From an uncultured Alphaproteobacteria bacterium (lineage in GTDB: Bacteria > Pseudomonadota > Alphaproteobacteria > HIMB59 > GCA-002718135): a DNA stretch of 64,000 nucleotides. The notes beneath the pieces are model-generated. The model searched no databases and was not told where the DNA came from. It saw nothing but the letters and a program-made list of their open reading frames with translations. This document shows, piece by piece, positions 21,210 through 32,562 of the stretch; positions within the stretch are counted from its first letter, which is position 1, and each line of letters opens with the position of its first letter. Position numbers and translations under genes: made by a program. The stretch lies in assembly GCA_902610845.1 (NCBI GenBank), contig CACLXJ010000001.1:35721-99720 (forward strand). Direction: 5' to 3'.

Positions 21210-22838
21210 TTACATATTTGCATAATTTGGCCCCCCACTACCTTCAGGTACAACCCAATTTATGTTTTGTGATGGCTCTTTAATATCGCATGTTTTACAA
21301 TGAATACAGTTTTGTGCATTAATTACAAATTTAGGATTTTGAATATCTGTCTTATCAATCTCATATACACCAGCGGGACAATATCTTTGAGATGGCTCAT
21401 CATAAGCATTTAAAGTAAATTTTATTGGTAATTCCTTATCCTTTAATTGTAAATGTACTGGCTGATCAGCTTCATGGTTAGTTCCAGTCAAATAAACAGA
21501 ACTAGTTTTATCAAAAGTAAATATTCCATCATATTTTGGATAATCTATTTTTTTTGAATCTTTTGCTAATTGTAAAGCTTCATGATCAGCATGTTTGTGT
21601 TTTAGTGTAAAAGGAAGCTTGCCTCTAAATATTATTTGATCAATTCCTGTAAATATTATTGCAGGTATTAGTCCCCAATTAAAACTAGGTTTTACATTCC
21701 TTGCAGCAAACAATTCTTTATAAAGCCATGAACGTTTAAATTTATCTTCATATGCTGCAAGAGGTACAGATTTACTTAAATAATCATTAATTGTTTCAGC
21801 AGCTATAATTCCACTTTTCATTGCAGTATGTGAACCTTTAATCTTTGGCATATTTAAGGTGCCTGCATCGCATCCAACTAGTAATCCACCCGGCATATAC
21901 ATTTTAGGTAAACTTTGAATACCACCTTCAATAAGTGCCCTTGCTCCATAAGCTATACGTTTTCCATTAGTGAGAATTCTCCTAATTGCTGGGTGAGTTT
22001 TAAATTTTTGAAATTCATCATAAGGTGATAAATAAGGATTTTTATAGTCAAGACCGATTACGTATCCTAAAAATATTTGTTTATTTTCAGCATGATAACA
22101 AAAACTTCCACCATAAGTTACATTATCTAATGGCCATCCCGCAGTATGCATGACAAGACCTTCTTCATGCTGACTTTCATCTATTTCCCAAATTTCTTTA
22201 AACCCAATTCCGTATTGTTGTGGTGACTTATCTTTCGATAAGTTATATTTTCTAATTAATTCTTTACCTAAATGACCTCTGCAACCCTCAGCAAATACTG
22301 TTACTTTAGCGTTAATATTTATTCCTGGTTCAAAACTATCTTTTTTGTTACCGTCTTTATCAATACCCATATCACCAGTTTGAACACCAATTACATGATT
22401 TTCATCTGAATATAATATTTTAGATGCCGCAAACCCTGGAAAAATTTCTACCCCTAAACTTTCAGCCTCACTTGCGAGCCATCTACATAAATTTGCAAGA
22501 CTAATGATATAATTATTATGATTTTTTTGAACACTAGGAAGAAGCCATGTAGGCCAATTTAACGAGCCTTTCTTAGATAAGAATAAAAACTTTTCTTTTG
22601 TTACTTTAGTTTTAATTGGTGAGTCTTTACTTCTCCAATCAGGTATTAATTCATCGAGTGCTCTTGTTTCAAAGACATTACCACTTAAAATATGGGCCCC
22701 TACCTCTGATCCCTTTTCCAAAACACAAACATTAATTTCTGGGTTCAGTTGTTTTAGTTTAATTGCAGTTGAAAGGCCTGATGGACCAGCACCCACAACC
22801 ACAACATCATAGTCCATTGACTCGCGTTCTACTTCCAT
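21210..22838 (-). CDS. Electron-transfer flavoprotein:ubiquinone oxidoreductase
   Basis: 542 aa. Has the FAD motif 'VVVVGAGPSGLS' and the C-terminal 4Fe-4S motif 'CIHCKTCDIKEP'. Confidence 0.92.
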   Translation of the reverse strand: MEVERESMDYDVVVVGAGPSGLSTAIKLKQLNPEINVCVLEKGSEVGAHILSGNVFETRALDELIPDWRSKDSPIKTKVTKEKFLFLSKKGSLNWPTWLLPSVQKNHNNYIISLANLCRWLASEAESLGVEIFPGFAASKILYSDENHVIGVQTGDMGIDKDGNKKDSFEPGININAKVTVFAEGCRGHLGKELIRKYNLSKDKSPQQYGIGFKEIWEIDESQHEEGLVMHTAGWPLDNVTYGGSFCYHAENKQIFLGYVIGLDYKNPYLSPYDEFQKFKTHPAIRRILTNGKRIAYGARALIEGGIQSLPKMYMPGGLLVGCDAGTLNMPKIKGSHTAMKSGIIAAETINDYLSKSVPLAAYEDKFKRSWLYKELFAARNVKPSFNWGLIPAIIFTGIDQIIFRGKLPFTLKHKHADHEALQLAKDSKKIDYPKYDGIFTFDKTSSVYLTGTNHEADQPVHLQLKDKELPIKFTLNAYDEPSQRYCPAGVYEIDKTDIQNPKFVINAQNCIHCKTCDIKEPSQNINWVVPEGSGGPNYANM

Positions 22839-22861
22839 TTTATTTATTGTAATAAATTAAT

Positions 22862-23815
22862 TTATTGTTGAATAGTATTTAATTTATCTAGTTCAGAAGA
22901 TAATTGAGGCAATGCTTCAAATAAGTCAGCATTTAATCCATAATCAGCAACGTTAAATATTGGTGCTTCTTCATCTTTATTAATTGCAACAATAACCTTA
23001 CTTTCTTTCATACCAGCTAAGTGCTGTATTGCACCTGAAATACCTACTGCAATATATAAGTCAGGAACTACTACTTTACCAGTTTGCCCTACTTGATAAT
23101 CATTTGAAACGTAACCAGCATCTACAGCAGCCCGAGAAGCACCAACTGCAGCATTAAGCTTATCAGCTATTTCATTTAAAAGTTTAAAATTTTCAGCACT
23201 TTGTAAACCTCTACCACCAGATATTACCACACGAGCAGAGCTTAACTCAGGTCTTTCAGATTGAGATTCTTCTCTATCTATAAATTCAACATTGCCAGTT
23301 TCATTATTAAAAGAAATATTTTCAATTTCTTCTTTTCCACCACTTGTTTCTACAGGATCAAATGATGTTGGTCGTATTGTTACTACTTTAATTTTATCAT
23401 TAGATTTAACTGTAGCAATTGCATTTCCTGCATAAATTGGTCTCATAAATGTATCTGGACCTAATATTTTAATAACATCACTTACTTGAGCAATGTCTAA
23501 TTTAACAGCAATTCTAGGAAAAATATTTTTTCCAAATGTTGTTGCAGGTCCCATAATGTGAGAATAATTACTGGCTAAAGAAACGACTAAAGGTTCAATA
23601 TTTTCAGCAATTGGATTTTTAAGTTTTTCATTATCAACTAAATAAACTTTTGAAACTTTTTCAAATTTAGAAATATATTTAGCCAGGTCTTCGCATTCAT
23701 AACCTGTTACTAGTACGTGAATATCTTGATTAATTTCAGAAGCTGCAGATATTGTATTTAAAGTTGATGATTTTATATCTGTGTTATTGTGTTCTGCTAA
23801 TACTAATATTGTCAT
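22862..23815 (-). CDS. etfA: Electron transfer flavoprotein, alpha subunit
   Basis: 317 aa. '[16 protein letters not shown]' is the ETF-alpha signature. Confidence 0.92.
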   Translation of the reverse strand: MTILVLAEHNNTDIKSSTLNTISAASEINQDIHVLVTGYECEDLAKYISKFEKVSKVYLVDNEKLKNPIAENIEPLVVSLASNYSHIMGPATTFGKNIFPRIAVKLDIAQVSDVIKILGPDTFMRPIYAGNAIATVKSNDKIKVVTIRPTSFDPVETSGGKEEIENISFNNETGNVEFIDREESQSERPELSSARVVISGGRGLQSAENFKLLNEIADKLNAAVGASRAAVDAGYVSNDYQVGQTGKVVVPDLYIAVGISGAIQHLAGMKESKVIVAINKDEEAPIFNVADYGLNADLFEALPQLSSELDKLNTIQQ

Positions 23816-24561
23816 ATTACTTTTGCCTCATGTTTTAGTTTTTGAACCAATTCAGAAACATCATTTACCATAATTCCTTTTTGTCTAACAGGCGGTTCTT
23901 CTACTTTTAATTGTTCAATTCTTGACTCAATATTAATTCCTAGCTCTGAAGCTTCTTTTGTATCAATTGGCTTCTTCTTTGCTTTCATTATATTTGGCAA
24001 TGAAGCGTACCTAGGTTCATTAAGTCTAAGGTCACATGATGCTACAAATGGTATTGAAACTTTAATTCTCTCTAAACCTTCATCTATTTCTCTAGTAACG
24101 ATAGCAGTTTGCCCATCAATTTCAATTTTAGATGCAAATGTAGCCTGAGGCCAGTTAAGTAAAGCAGAAGTCATTTGACCAGTTTGATTAGAGTCATCAT
24201 CTATTGCTTGTTTTCCCATTAAAATAATTGATGGTTTTTCTTCTTCAACAACTTTAGAAATTATTTTAGAAATAGCTAGAGGCTCTAAATCATTATCTGT
24301 TTTAATATGTATACCTCTATCAGCACCCATTGCTAATGCAGTTCGGATAGTTTCTTGAGCCTTATCATTACCTATAGAAAGAATTATAATCTCGTCTGCT
24401 TTACCAGCTTCTTTAATTCGTAGAGCTTCTTCTACTGCATTTTCATCAGGAGGATTCATGGACATTTTTACATTATCTTTTTCAACCCCAGAACCGTCAG
24501 CTTTAACCCTGATTTGAACATTATAATCTATGACTCTTTTTACTGTGACAAGCAACTTCAT
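23812..24561 (-). CDS. etfB: Electron transfer flavoprotein, beta subunit
   Basis: 249 aa. '[13 protein letters not shown]' and '[18 protein letters not shown]' are typical of ETF-beta. Overlaps etfA by 4 nt. Confidence 0.92.
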   Translation of the reverse strand: MKLLVTVKRVIDYNVQIRVKADGSGVEKDNVKMSMNPPDENAVEEALRIKEAGKADEIIILSIGNDKAQETIRTALAMGADRGIHIKTDNDLEPLAISKIISKVVEEEKPSIILMGKQAIDDDSNQTGQMTSALLNWPQATFASKIEIDGQTAIVTREIDEGLERIKVSIPFVASCDLRLNEPRYASLPNIMKAKKKPIDTKEASELGINIESRIEQLKVEEPPVRQKGIMVNDVSELVQKLKHEAKVI

Positions 24562-24562
24562 A

Positions 24563-26998
24563 TTATTGTTTTAATTTTTCATTTTTAGGATCATAAGGAC
24601 TATCCTCTATAACAGTTACATTGTATTTTTTATCTAATATATCCATTTCTAATTTTTGACCAATGTCAGCAAATTTAGGATCTATCATACCAATAGCTAA
24701 TGATTTTTTCACCCTAAAACCATAGTTACCTCCTGTCGCACGGCCAATAACCTTTCCATTATTATAAATAGGATTATTACCCAAAGCATCTGCATCTTCA
24801 ACATCATGAACTTCTAAAGTTACCATCTTGTTTTTAAAACCATTTTGCTGCCATTTAACAAGAGAGTCTCTTCCAATAAAATTACCTTTGTTTAAATGTA
24901 CAAATCTATCTAACCCAGACTCAAAAGCTGCATATTCTATAGACATTTCGGTACCAACCAATTTATATGTTTTTTCAACACGCAAGCTTTCCATCGCTCT
25001 TATTCCAAATGGTTTAAGTCCATAATCTTTTCCTGCTTCCATTAATTGATCAAAAATATGGTTCTGATATTCAATTGGATGATGTAATTCCCATCCAAGT
25101 TCTCCAACAAAATTCATACGCATTGCAATACTAGGAGCTAAACCAACATTGATTTTTTTTGCTGATAACCATGGAAAATTTTCATTAGATAAATTAGTCT
25201 TTGTAATTTTAGAAAGAATATCTCTTGATTTTGGTCCTGCTAAAACAAGCACGCCCATACTATTTGTTAGGTTTTCGTATGTGACTGATCCATCTTCAGG
25301 TATCCATTTATGTATCCAGTCATGATCTAATCGCTGAAATGCACCTGCTGAAACTAAATAAAAAGAATTTTCTTTTTCTTTTGCAATAGTGAATTCTGAA
25401 TGAACTCCCCCAGCTGTGTTTAGCGCATGACAAAGATTAACTCTTCCAATTTTTTTAGGAATTTTATTTGCAACCAAATAATCTAGAAATTCTTCAGCAC
25501 CAGGTCCTGAAATTCTACATTTAGCAAAAGCAGTCATATCTAGAAGACCAGCATTGTCTTTAACATTGATGCATTCGTTGCCAACATGATTAAACCATTT
25601 TGATCTTCTAAAAGACCAATCATCTTTTTGTAATTCCTTTGAAGGGGCAAACCAATTGGCCCGCTCCCAACCAAATTTATGACCGAAAACTGCACCAAGA
25701 TTTTTTAATCTATCATAGCAGGGAGCTTGTCTTAAAGGGCGTCCTTCTTCTCTCTCTTCATCAGGATAGTGTATTGTAAACACATTTGCGTATGCTTCTT
25801 CATTCTTTTTTATTAAATACGCTTCAGTTGCATAATCACCAAATCTTCTTGGATCGACACCTAACATATCAATTGTAGGCTCACCATCTACTATCCACTC
25901 TGCAATTTGCCATCCTGCGCCGCCTGCAGCTGTGATGCCAAAGCTATGGCCTTCGTTTAACCAGAAATTTTTAAGTCCCCAAGCTGGACCAACAATTGGA
26001 CTTCCATCAGGGGTATAACAAATAGCTCCATTATAAACTTTCTTTACACCAACCTCTCCAAAGATAGGAACACGGTGTATAGCGGATTCAATATGAGGTT
26101 CAATACGTTCTAAATCTTCTTGAAATAATTCAAATTCTGATTCTTTATCTGGTCCATCAACGTAGCAAACAGGTGCACCTTTTTCATAAGGTCCAAGAAT
26201 CAATCCTCCTCTTTCTTCACGCATATACCATGAACTATCAGAATCTCTTAAAACTCCCATTTCAGAAAGACCTTGCTCTTTTCTTTTCAAAATTTCCGGG
26301 TGATCATCAGTAACAATATATTGATGTTCTACTGGTATTACAGGAACATCAAGTCCAACCATTTTTCCTGTTTGTCTTGCAAAATTTCCACTGCAGGAAA
26401 CTACATGCTCACATTCAATTGATCCTTTATCAGTTTCTACTTCCCACAGATCATTTTTATTTTTTGTAATACCGATTACAGATGTATTTCTGTAAATTTC
26501 TGCCCCTTTATCTCTAGCGCCTTTGGCAAGTGCTTGTGTCAAATCTGCTGGCTGAATATATCCATCCTCTGGATGTTGTATTGCTCCTACTAATCCATCA
26601 GTATTGCAAAGCGGCCAAATTTCTTTTACTTGTTCTGGAGTCAAGAATTTAACATCAACACCTATAGTTTTAGCTACACCTGAATATTGATAATATTCAT
26701 CCATTCGATCTTGTGTGGTTGCAAGACGAATATTAGAAACAACACTAAAACCAACTTTTTGCCCTGTCTCTTCTTCAAGAGTTTTGTATAGTTTAACTGC
26801 ATATTTGTGTAATTGTCCTACAGAATAACTCATATTGAATAATGGAAGTAATCCTGCAGCATGCCAAGTTGAACCAGAAGTTAACTCTTTTCTTTCAACT
26901 AGAACAACATCCGACCAACCTTTTTTAGCTAAATGATAGAGCGTACTTACACCTACAGCACCTCCACCTATTACAACAACCTTTGACTTTGATTTCAT
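24563..26998 (-). CDS. Dimethylglycine dehydrogenase-type enzyme (FAD DAO domain plus GcvT folate-binding domain)
   Basis: 811 aa. An N-terminal '[19 protein letters not shown]' DAO fold with 'SGSTWHAAG' (the covalent-FAD His context) is followed by a C-terminal aminomethyltransferase domain. Confidence 0.85.
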   Translation of the reverse strand: MKSKSKVVVIGGGAVGVSTLYHLAKKGWSDVVLVERKELTSGSTWHAAGLLPLFNMSYSVGQLHKYAVKLYKTLEEETGQKVGFSVVSNIRLATTQDRMDEYYQYSGVAKTIGVDVKFLTPEQVKEIWPLCNTDGLVGAIQHPEDGYIQPADLTQALAKGARDKGAEIYRNTSVIGITKNKNDLWEVETDKGSIECEHVVSCSGNFARQTGKMVGLDVPVIPVEHQYIVTDDHPEILKRKEQGLSEMGVLRDSDSSWYMREERGGLILGPYEKGAPVCYVDGPDKESEFELFQEDLERIEPHIESAIHRVPIFGEVGVKKVYNGAICYTPDGSPIVGPAWGLKNFWLNEGHSFGITAAGGAGWQIAEWIVDGEPTIDMLGVDPRRFGDYATEAYLIKKNEEAYANVFTIHYPDEEREEGRPLRQAPCYDRLKNLGAVFGHKFGWERANWFAPSKELQKDDWSFRRSKWFNHVGNECINVKDNAGLLDMTAFAKCRISGPGAEEFLDYLVANKIPKKIGRVNLCHALNTAGGVHSEFTIAKEKENSFYLVSAGAFQRLDHDWIHKWIPEDGSVTYENLTNSMGVLVLAGPKSRDILSKITKTNLSNENFPWLSAKKINVGLAPSIAMRMNFVGELGWELHHPIEYQNHIFDQLMEAGKDYGLKPFGIRAMESLRVEKTYKLVGTEMSIEYAAFESGLDRFVHLNKGNFIGRDSLVKWQQNGFKNKMVTLEVHDVEDADALGNNPIYNNGKVIGRATGGNYGFRVKKSLAIGMIDPKFADIGQKLEMDILDKKYNVTVIEDSPYDPKNEKLKQ

Positions 26999-27052
26999 TA
27001 TTACTATTTATTACTGTACTTCATTAATCATAATAAATAGGGTGGGTCAATC

Positions 27053-27673
27053 ATGAGATACTTCAAACATTTATATTTTTTGATAATTATAATTGCGTTA
27101 AGTTGTCTTCCACTCAAAGCAGAGGTAACTGTAAAAGAGCTCTTTTTTGATGAATCAAAACCTTTTCATTTAAAAATAATCGATGTAATTCCTGAACAAG
27201 GTATTCTTCAAATAGGTAATGATGATGCTAAAAATACTATAATTGAATTTATGGACTATTTTTGCGGATACTGCAAAAAAGTACACGTTGAATTACTTCA
27301 AATAGCAAGTGAAAGAAATGATACTAGAATTATATTTTTACAGCATCCAGTTTTAAGTGAATCTTCTAAATTGCTTGCTAACATGGTTGTTGCTGCCAAT
27401 ATGCAAAATAAGGGCATTGAACTTCACAATGCATTATTTGGAGTCGAAGGAAATTTGAATAATGCCAAATTAAAACAAATAATTGAAGAACTTGAAATTA
27501 ATAACGCAAAATTGAATATAGATATGTCAAAAGATGAAGTTAGAAATATTGTTAATCTTAGTTCTTTTTTAGCTAATGGTTCTGGGGCTAGAGGAACACC
27601 TACTTTTTTTGTTAATGAAGAACTTGTTGTTGGATATATCTCTATAGATAGAATGAAAGCTTTATTAGAATAA
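27053..27673 (+). CDS. Periplasmic thiol:disulfide oxidoreductase, DsbA-like
   Basis: 206 aa. Has a signal peptide, the 'CGYC' redox motif, and 'RGTPTFFV', a cis-Pro loop. Confidence 0.7.
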   Translation: MRYFKHLYFLIIIIALSCLPLKAEVTVKELFFDESKPFHLKIIDVIPEQGILQIGNDDAKNTIIEFMDYFCGYCKKVHVELLQIASERNDTRIIFLQHPVLSESSKLLANMVVAANMQNKGIELHNALFGVEGNLNNAKLKQIIEELEINNAKLNIDMSKDEVRNIVNLSSFLANGSGARGTPTFFVNEELVVGYISIDRMKALLE

Positions 27674-27701
27674 AGAAGCTCCATTATTAAATAGAGCTTC
27701 T
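27674..27701. terminator. Hairpin between convergent dsbA-like and GcvT-like genes
   Basis: 'AGAAGCTC-N12-GAGCTTCT' is a perfect 8-bp inverted repeat in a 36-nt spacer. The U-tract is weak. Confidence 0.4.
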
Positions 27702-27709
27702 TATTGAAA

Positions 27710-29041
27710 TTATTTATCTACTACTTCTCTTGTGTTTGCGTTATGTGATTCAGTAAATGGAATTGGAACAACTTCTGCATCTACTGGTACACCAGGTGAA
27801 TCAGAATATTGATCAGGTAGATGAACTTTAAATTTACGACCATAATTTCCCATAGGAAATCCATTTTTATTTAGAGTCCCATCAAAAGGAACATAACCCA
27901 TAGCAATGTTTCTTCCTTGCTCAGGATGATACCAAGGAGATGTAATGAATCCACAAGGTTCTTTGCCATCTTCTGAAACAAGCCAAAAATCAGGAGCATA
28001 TTCTTCGATAGGTTTTCCACCTAAGCTTAATCCAACTAACTGAAGCTTATATGGTTTTTTTCCATCTTTTAAATCTGCCTTCATCTTTTCAAGAACAGTC
28101 TTACCAACATAATCAGAAGTTTTATTCCACTCACCTTTACCAGATAGAGATACTTGATAACCTAAATTACATTGAAAAGGATTATGCTGATTATCCATGT
28201 CTTGACCCCAAGATAGAATTCCTGCTTGGATTCTTCGATGATGAGCCGGAGCTATAACCATAAGATTATGTTTTTTTCCTGCTTCTAAAACAGCATTCCA
28301 CATATCATCAGCATACTTAGTAGAATCATATAAATAAATTTCAAATCCAGCTTCTCCAGAGAAACCTGTTTGAGAAATTATACAATCTCTTCCACCTACT
28401 TTCGCAGCAGCAAGTCCGTAGAATGGCATTTCGTCAACTTTGACTTGGTCGCCTATTAAATCATTCATTAAAGCATGTGCTTTAGGGCCTTGTATTTGAA
28501 CTGGGCTTACATCAATTTCATCAATATTAACATTAAATCTATTATCATGGTTCACACCTTGTAGATAAAGACCAATATCTGAGTCGGATAATGAAAACCA
28601 AAACTCATCTTTTGAAATTCTTAGTAGAATTGGATCATTTAAAACACCGCCATATTGATTACAAAGAATAACATATCTTCCTCTCATTGGAGATATTTTA
28701 GTAGCATCTCTGGTTATGACATAATCAACAAATGCCTCAGCATCTGGACCTTTAACCTGAATTTGTCTTTCGACAGCAACATTCCACATAGTAACATGGT
28801 TTTTAATTGCCTCATACTCAACCATTGCTCCACCATCTTCAGGCTTTACGTAACCTCTTGGATGATAAATTCTATTATAAACTGTTGCTCTCCAACATCC
28901 CGCCTCCATTGACAAATGCCAATAAGGTGATTTTCTCACTCTGGTTGAAATAAGCATTTGGACTGGTGTAGGACCACTTTGTCTTAAATTGTAGGGAACC
29001 TTTCTGTCCGATTGATCCACCGACGTAGAATGTTTAATCAT
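27710..29041 (-). CDS. GcvT-family tetrahydrofolate-dependent aminomethyltransferase/demethylase (DmdA-like paralog)
   Basis: 443 aa. 'WNVAVERQIQVKGPDA', 'LNDPILLRISKDEFWFSLSDSD' and 'DVSPVQIQGPKA' follow the GcvT/DmdA pattern. It is longer than DmdA as I recall it and has a distinct N-terminus. Confidence 0.7.
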   Translation of the reverse strand: MIKHSTSVDQSDRKVPYNLRQSGPTPVQMLISTRVRKSPYWHLSMEAGCWRATVYNRIYHPRGYVKPEDGGAMVEYEAIKNHVTMWNVAVERQIQVKGPDAEAFVDYVITRDATKISPMRGRYVILCNQYGGVLNDPILLRISKDEFWFSLSDSDIGLYLQGVNHDNRFNVNIDEIDVSPVQIQGPKAHALMNDLIGDQVKVDEMPFYGLAAAKVGGRDCIISQTGFSGEAGFEIYLYDSTKYADDMWNAVLEAGKKHNLMVIAPAHHRRIQAGILSWGQDMDNQHNPFQCNLGYQVSLSGKGEWNKTSDYVGKTVLEKMKADLKDGKKPYKLQLVGLSLGGKPIEEYAPDFWLVSEDGKEPCGFITSPWYHPEQGRNIAMGYVPFDGTLNKNGFPMGNYGRKFKVHLPDQYSDSPGVPVDAEVVPIPFTESHNANTREVVDK

Positions 29042-29192
29042 TATAAACTCCTTAAATAAATATGCTATTTCTGTATTTAATCTTTAAATACTCTGCAATG
29101 ATAAAATGTATGTGATGTAAAAAAAATGGTGGACCTTAATTAGGTCAAAATTTCGTCTTAGTTTTGACAGCAAATTTTGATATTTGCACTAT

Positions 29193-30101
29193 ATGAAATT
29201 TAAATTATTACTACCTATTTTCTCTTTACTAATTTTTTTAGGCGGTTGTTCAGCTAGTTATAAACAACTCTCTAAAATGGAAAATATAGAACCAAAAAAC
29301 TTTCAAGAACACTTACTATCCGAATACAAAAAAAGAGCTAGTTTCGAGGCAGAAGAAATGCACGATTGGAATTCTGCGAAATTATATTCTGAAAAAGCTC
29401 TCAAAAGTTTAGAAACTGATGAAATATATCCAGAAGAAATTTCATATTGGAAAATTCCAGAAGAAAATATTAATGAAATAAAAATTGCATATGACAACCT
29501 TATGACAATTTATAAAGATGCTAAAAATATTGATCCTTTTAATTTAGCAAGAGCTATTTCGTCGTTAGATTGCTGGTCAGAGCAACAGGAAGAAAATTGG
29601 CAAACATGGGATATTAATAGTTGCAAGAATGATTTCTTAAAAGCCATGCATAATATTTATGTAAAAATATCTACTCAGGAAAATGAGCAAGAAACTTCAA
29701 GTAACAAAAATAAAAATTTAGAAAATGAAACAAAAGATGAAGTAACAGTTGTGACTAAAAATGAAAATAAAGAATTAATGCAAATAATTTATTTTGACTT
29801 TGATCAATTTAATTTATCTGAAGTTAGTAAAGATAAAATAAAAAAATTTTTAAATAATTATGGAAATATTATTAACGAGTATCTTGTCGTTGGACATACT
29901 GATACCAAAGGAACAAATAAATATAATTTATCATTATCAATCAAAAGAGCAGAGGTTGTAAAAGAAATTTTAATTAATTATGGAATCAATCAACATAGTA
30001 TTAAGATTTTAGGCAAAGGTGAGGAATCTTTAGCTGTAGATACTCCAGATGACACCAAACAACCCGTAAATAGAAGAGTGGAAATAAAAAAAACAAATTA
30101 A
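29193..30101 (+). CDS. OmpA-family lipoprotein (C-terminal peptidoglycan-binding OmpA domain)
   Basis: Lipobox 'LIFLGGCS'. The C-terminal 'GHTDTKGTNKYNLSLSIKRAEVV...NRRVEI' is the OmpA_C motif. I prefer the ATG at 29193 over the TTG at 29184. Confidence 0.8.
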   Translation: MKFKLLLPIFSLLIFLGGCSASYKQLSKMENIEPKNFQEHLLSEYKKRASFEAEEMHDWNSAKLYSEKALKSLETDEIYPEEISYWKIPEENINEIKIAYDNLMTIYKDAKNIDPFNLARAISSLDCWSEQQEENWQTWDINSCKNDFLKAMHNIYVKISTQENEQETSSNKNKNLENETKDEVTVVTKNENKELMQIIYFDFDQFNLSEVSKDKIKKFLNNYGNIINEYLVVGHTDTKGTNKYNLSLSIKRAEVVKEILINYGINQHSIKILGKGEESLAVDTPDDTKQPVNRRVEIKKTN

Positions 30102-30139
30102 CTTTTTTTTATAATTAATTTGGTATATTGACATTTTCA

Positions 30140-30532
30140 ATGTATTCAAAAACTACTAAAAAAATAAATATTACCGTCAAGCCTTATTATCTTGAAGATC
30201 AATCTGAGCCTGAAGACCAGCATTATGTATGGGCGTATAAAGTGACAATTGATAACCAAGGTAATGAAAAAGTACAACTGGTAAACAGACATTGGAAGAT
30301 TATTGATGCTAATGGTGCTCTTCAAGAAGTACGAGGTAAAGGTGTAGTAGGCGAACAGCCTATATTAAATCCGGGTGAGAAGTTTGAATACACCAGTGGA
30401 ACACCACTAGCCACTTCTTCAGGGTTCATGGAAGGAACATATGAAATGCAAAATGATGACGGAAATACTTTTGATGTTCAAATACCTCAGTTTTCATTAG
30501 ATACACCATTTGAAAATAATAAATTAAATTAA
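30140..30532 (+). CDS. apaG: ApaG protein
   Basis: 'YVWAYKVTIDNQGNEKVQLVNRHWKIIDANG...VRGKGVVGEQP' is the ApaG/DUF525 pattern. The ATG at 30140 is the likely start. Confidence 0.85.
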   Translation: MYSKTTKKINITVKPYYLEDQSEPEDQHYVWAYKVTIDNQGNEKVQLVNRHWKIIDANGALQEVRGKGVVGEQPILNPGEKFEYTSGTPLATSSGFMEGTYEMQNDDGNTFDVQIPQFSLDTPFENNKLN

Positions 30533-30544
30533 TTCACAAAAACT

Positions 30545-31993
30545 ATGAGAGACTTTAGGTCAATTCTTAACATAATTGGAATACTAATATGTATTGAAGC
30601 ACTAGCAATGCTTATCCCAATGTTTTTTGATCTTTATTATGGTAATTATGATTGGCTACAATTCTTTTATTCGAGTTTAATCACTTTCTTTATCGGTATA
30701 ATTTTATATTTTTCATTTAGAAAAAAAAATATTAAACTTGAAATCAGACAGGCATTTTTATTAACAATTTCATCTTGGTTAGTAATTTCACTATTTGGAG
30801 CAATACCATTTGTTTATTCTTCTTCTTCGCTAAGTTATACAGATGCTTTTTTTGAGTCTGTTAGTGGTATCACTACAACTGGAGCAACAGTAATTAATAA
30901 CTTAGAAAACTTATCTGAAGGAATATTAATTTGGAGATCTCTTCTTCAATGGTTTGGAGGTATAGGAATTATAGTTCTTGCAATGGCTATATTACCGACG
31001 TTACAAATTGGTGGGATGCAGTTGCTACACATGGAACATGATGATCCTTATGAAAAAACAATTCCTAAGGTTAATCGATTTGTTATAGAATTGTTTGTTT
31101 TGTACATTTTCTTATCAATTATTTGTGCTGTTTTATATTTTGTTAATGGAATGAAAGGTTTTGATTCAATTATTCATGCGATGACTACGATTTCAACTGG
31201 TGGATTTTCTAATTATGATGAATCATTTTCACATTTTAATTCATTTCAAATAGAAGCTATAAGTGTAATTTTTATGTTGGTAGGAAGTTTACCATTTGTC
31301 TTGTATTTACAATTTTTACATAATCAAAAAAAATTAATTTTTAAAGATGATCAAATAAAATTATTCTTTCTAATTTTGTTTTTAATTATTTTGTTAACAT
31401 CTATTTGGCTAACTACTAATAAATCTATAGATGTAATTTCTGCTTTTAGAATTGCTTTATTCAATATTACTTCAATTTTAACTGGGACTGGTTATACTAG
31501 TAGTAACTTTTCCAATTGGGGAAGCTTTGGCATTGTAATAATGATGATTATTATGTTTGTTGGAGGATGTGCAGGATCTACTACTGGTGGAATTAAAATA
31601 TTTCGATTACAAATTTTGTTTAGAGGTGCAATTACACAAGTTAGAAAATTAACTCAGCCTCATGCAGTTTTGGTTATGCGATTTAATGGTAAAACAGTGA
31701 ATGAAAATACTTATAACTCAATAATGGGCTTTTTCTTCATGTATATATTCTTATTTATTTTGTCAGCAGTAAGTTTAAGTTTATTCAATTTAGATTTTCT
31801 TACAGCATTTTCAGCAGCAGCTTCTGCAATATCAAATGTTGGCCCTGGTTTAGGTGAAATAATTGGACCTAATGGAAATTATTTTTCATTAGATAATGGT
31901 GCAAAATGGATATTATCTCTTACAATGATTATTGGAAGACTAGAAATTTTTACAGTATTAGTTTTATTATCAATGAATTTTTGGAGAAGCTAA
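30545..31993 (+). CDS. trkH: Trk-type potassium uptake protein TrkH
   Basis: 482 aa and polytopic. Has repeated selectivity-filter-like motifs 'TTTGAT', 'STGGFS', 'TGTGYT' and 'STTGGIK'. Confidence 0.9.
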   Translation: MRDFRSILNIIGILICIEALAMLIPMFFDLYYGNYDWLQFFYSSLITFFIGIILYFSFRKKNIKLEIRQAFLLTISSWLVISLFGAIPFVYSSSSLSYTDAFFESVSGITTTGATVINNLENLSEGILIWRSLLQWFGGIGIIVLAMAILPTLQIGGMQLLHMEHDDPYEKTIPKVNRFVIELFVLYIFLSIICAVLYFVNGMKGFDSIIHAMTTISTGGFSNYDESFSHFNSFQIEAISVIFMLVGSLPFVLYLQFLHNQKKLIFKDDQIKLFFLILFLIILLTSIWLTTNKSIDVISAFRIALFNITSILTGTGYTSSNFSNWGSFGIVIMMIIMFVGGCAGSTTGGIKIFRLQILFRGAITQVRKLTQPHAVLVMRFNGKTVNENTYNSIMGFFFMYIFLFILSAVSLSLFNLDFLTAFSAAASAISNVGPGLGEIIGPNGNYFSLDNGAKWILSLTMIIGRLEIFTVLVLLSMNFWRS

Positions 31994-32562
31994 ATACTTA
32001 AATAATTTCCCATATAAGTTGATAATTGGTTTTTTGTTTCATAGATATAATCATTCAAGGCTAGAAATAATAAGTCATTAACAATTATTTCAGTTTCATT
32101 TAAAGAAATATATTTTTGAGATGTTGTAGATCTTGAGCTTTCTACAGTTGCATTAGCTTTTAAGAAGCCGCTATTATCATAAAGTTCATACTCAACTAAA
32201 AAAAATAATTCATATTTAAATATTGTTTTTTCTTCATATTTTTTAGCATTTATATTTTCAACTTCATTTTTTATTATAGATGCATCTAAAATATTTATTA
32301 CTAATTTATTTTCATTGCCCAATTTTATAATATTTTCATTATTCCATTTAATCATTAATTCAATTGGTGGATTCTGAATTTGATCCTCAATATTATTTTT
32401 AGTAAAGACTGGATTATACTTTGTATTAATCTCTATTTCTTTTGTATTTATTGAAATTTTTTCAAAATTAGAAATATCAATTTCAATAGGTTTTAATATT
32501 TCAATTGGTTGACAAGATATAACGAAAAATAAAATTACAATTAAACTATTTTTTAAGTACAT
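31990..32562 (-). CDS. Putative lipoprotein (hypothetical)
   Basis: 190 aa. Has a signal peptide with lipobox 'FFVISCQ'. Its 5' end overlaps the 3' end of argF by 17 nt. Confidence 0.45.
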   Translation of the reverse strand: MYLKNSLIVILFFVISCQPIEILKPIEIDISNFEKISINTKEIEINTKYNPVFTKNNIEDQIQNPPIELMIKWNNENIIKLGNENKLVINILDASIIKNEVENINAKKYEEKTIFKYELFFLVEYELYDNSGFLKANATVESSRSTTSQKYISLNETEIIVNDLLFLALNDYIYETKNQLSTYMGNYLSI

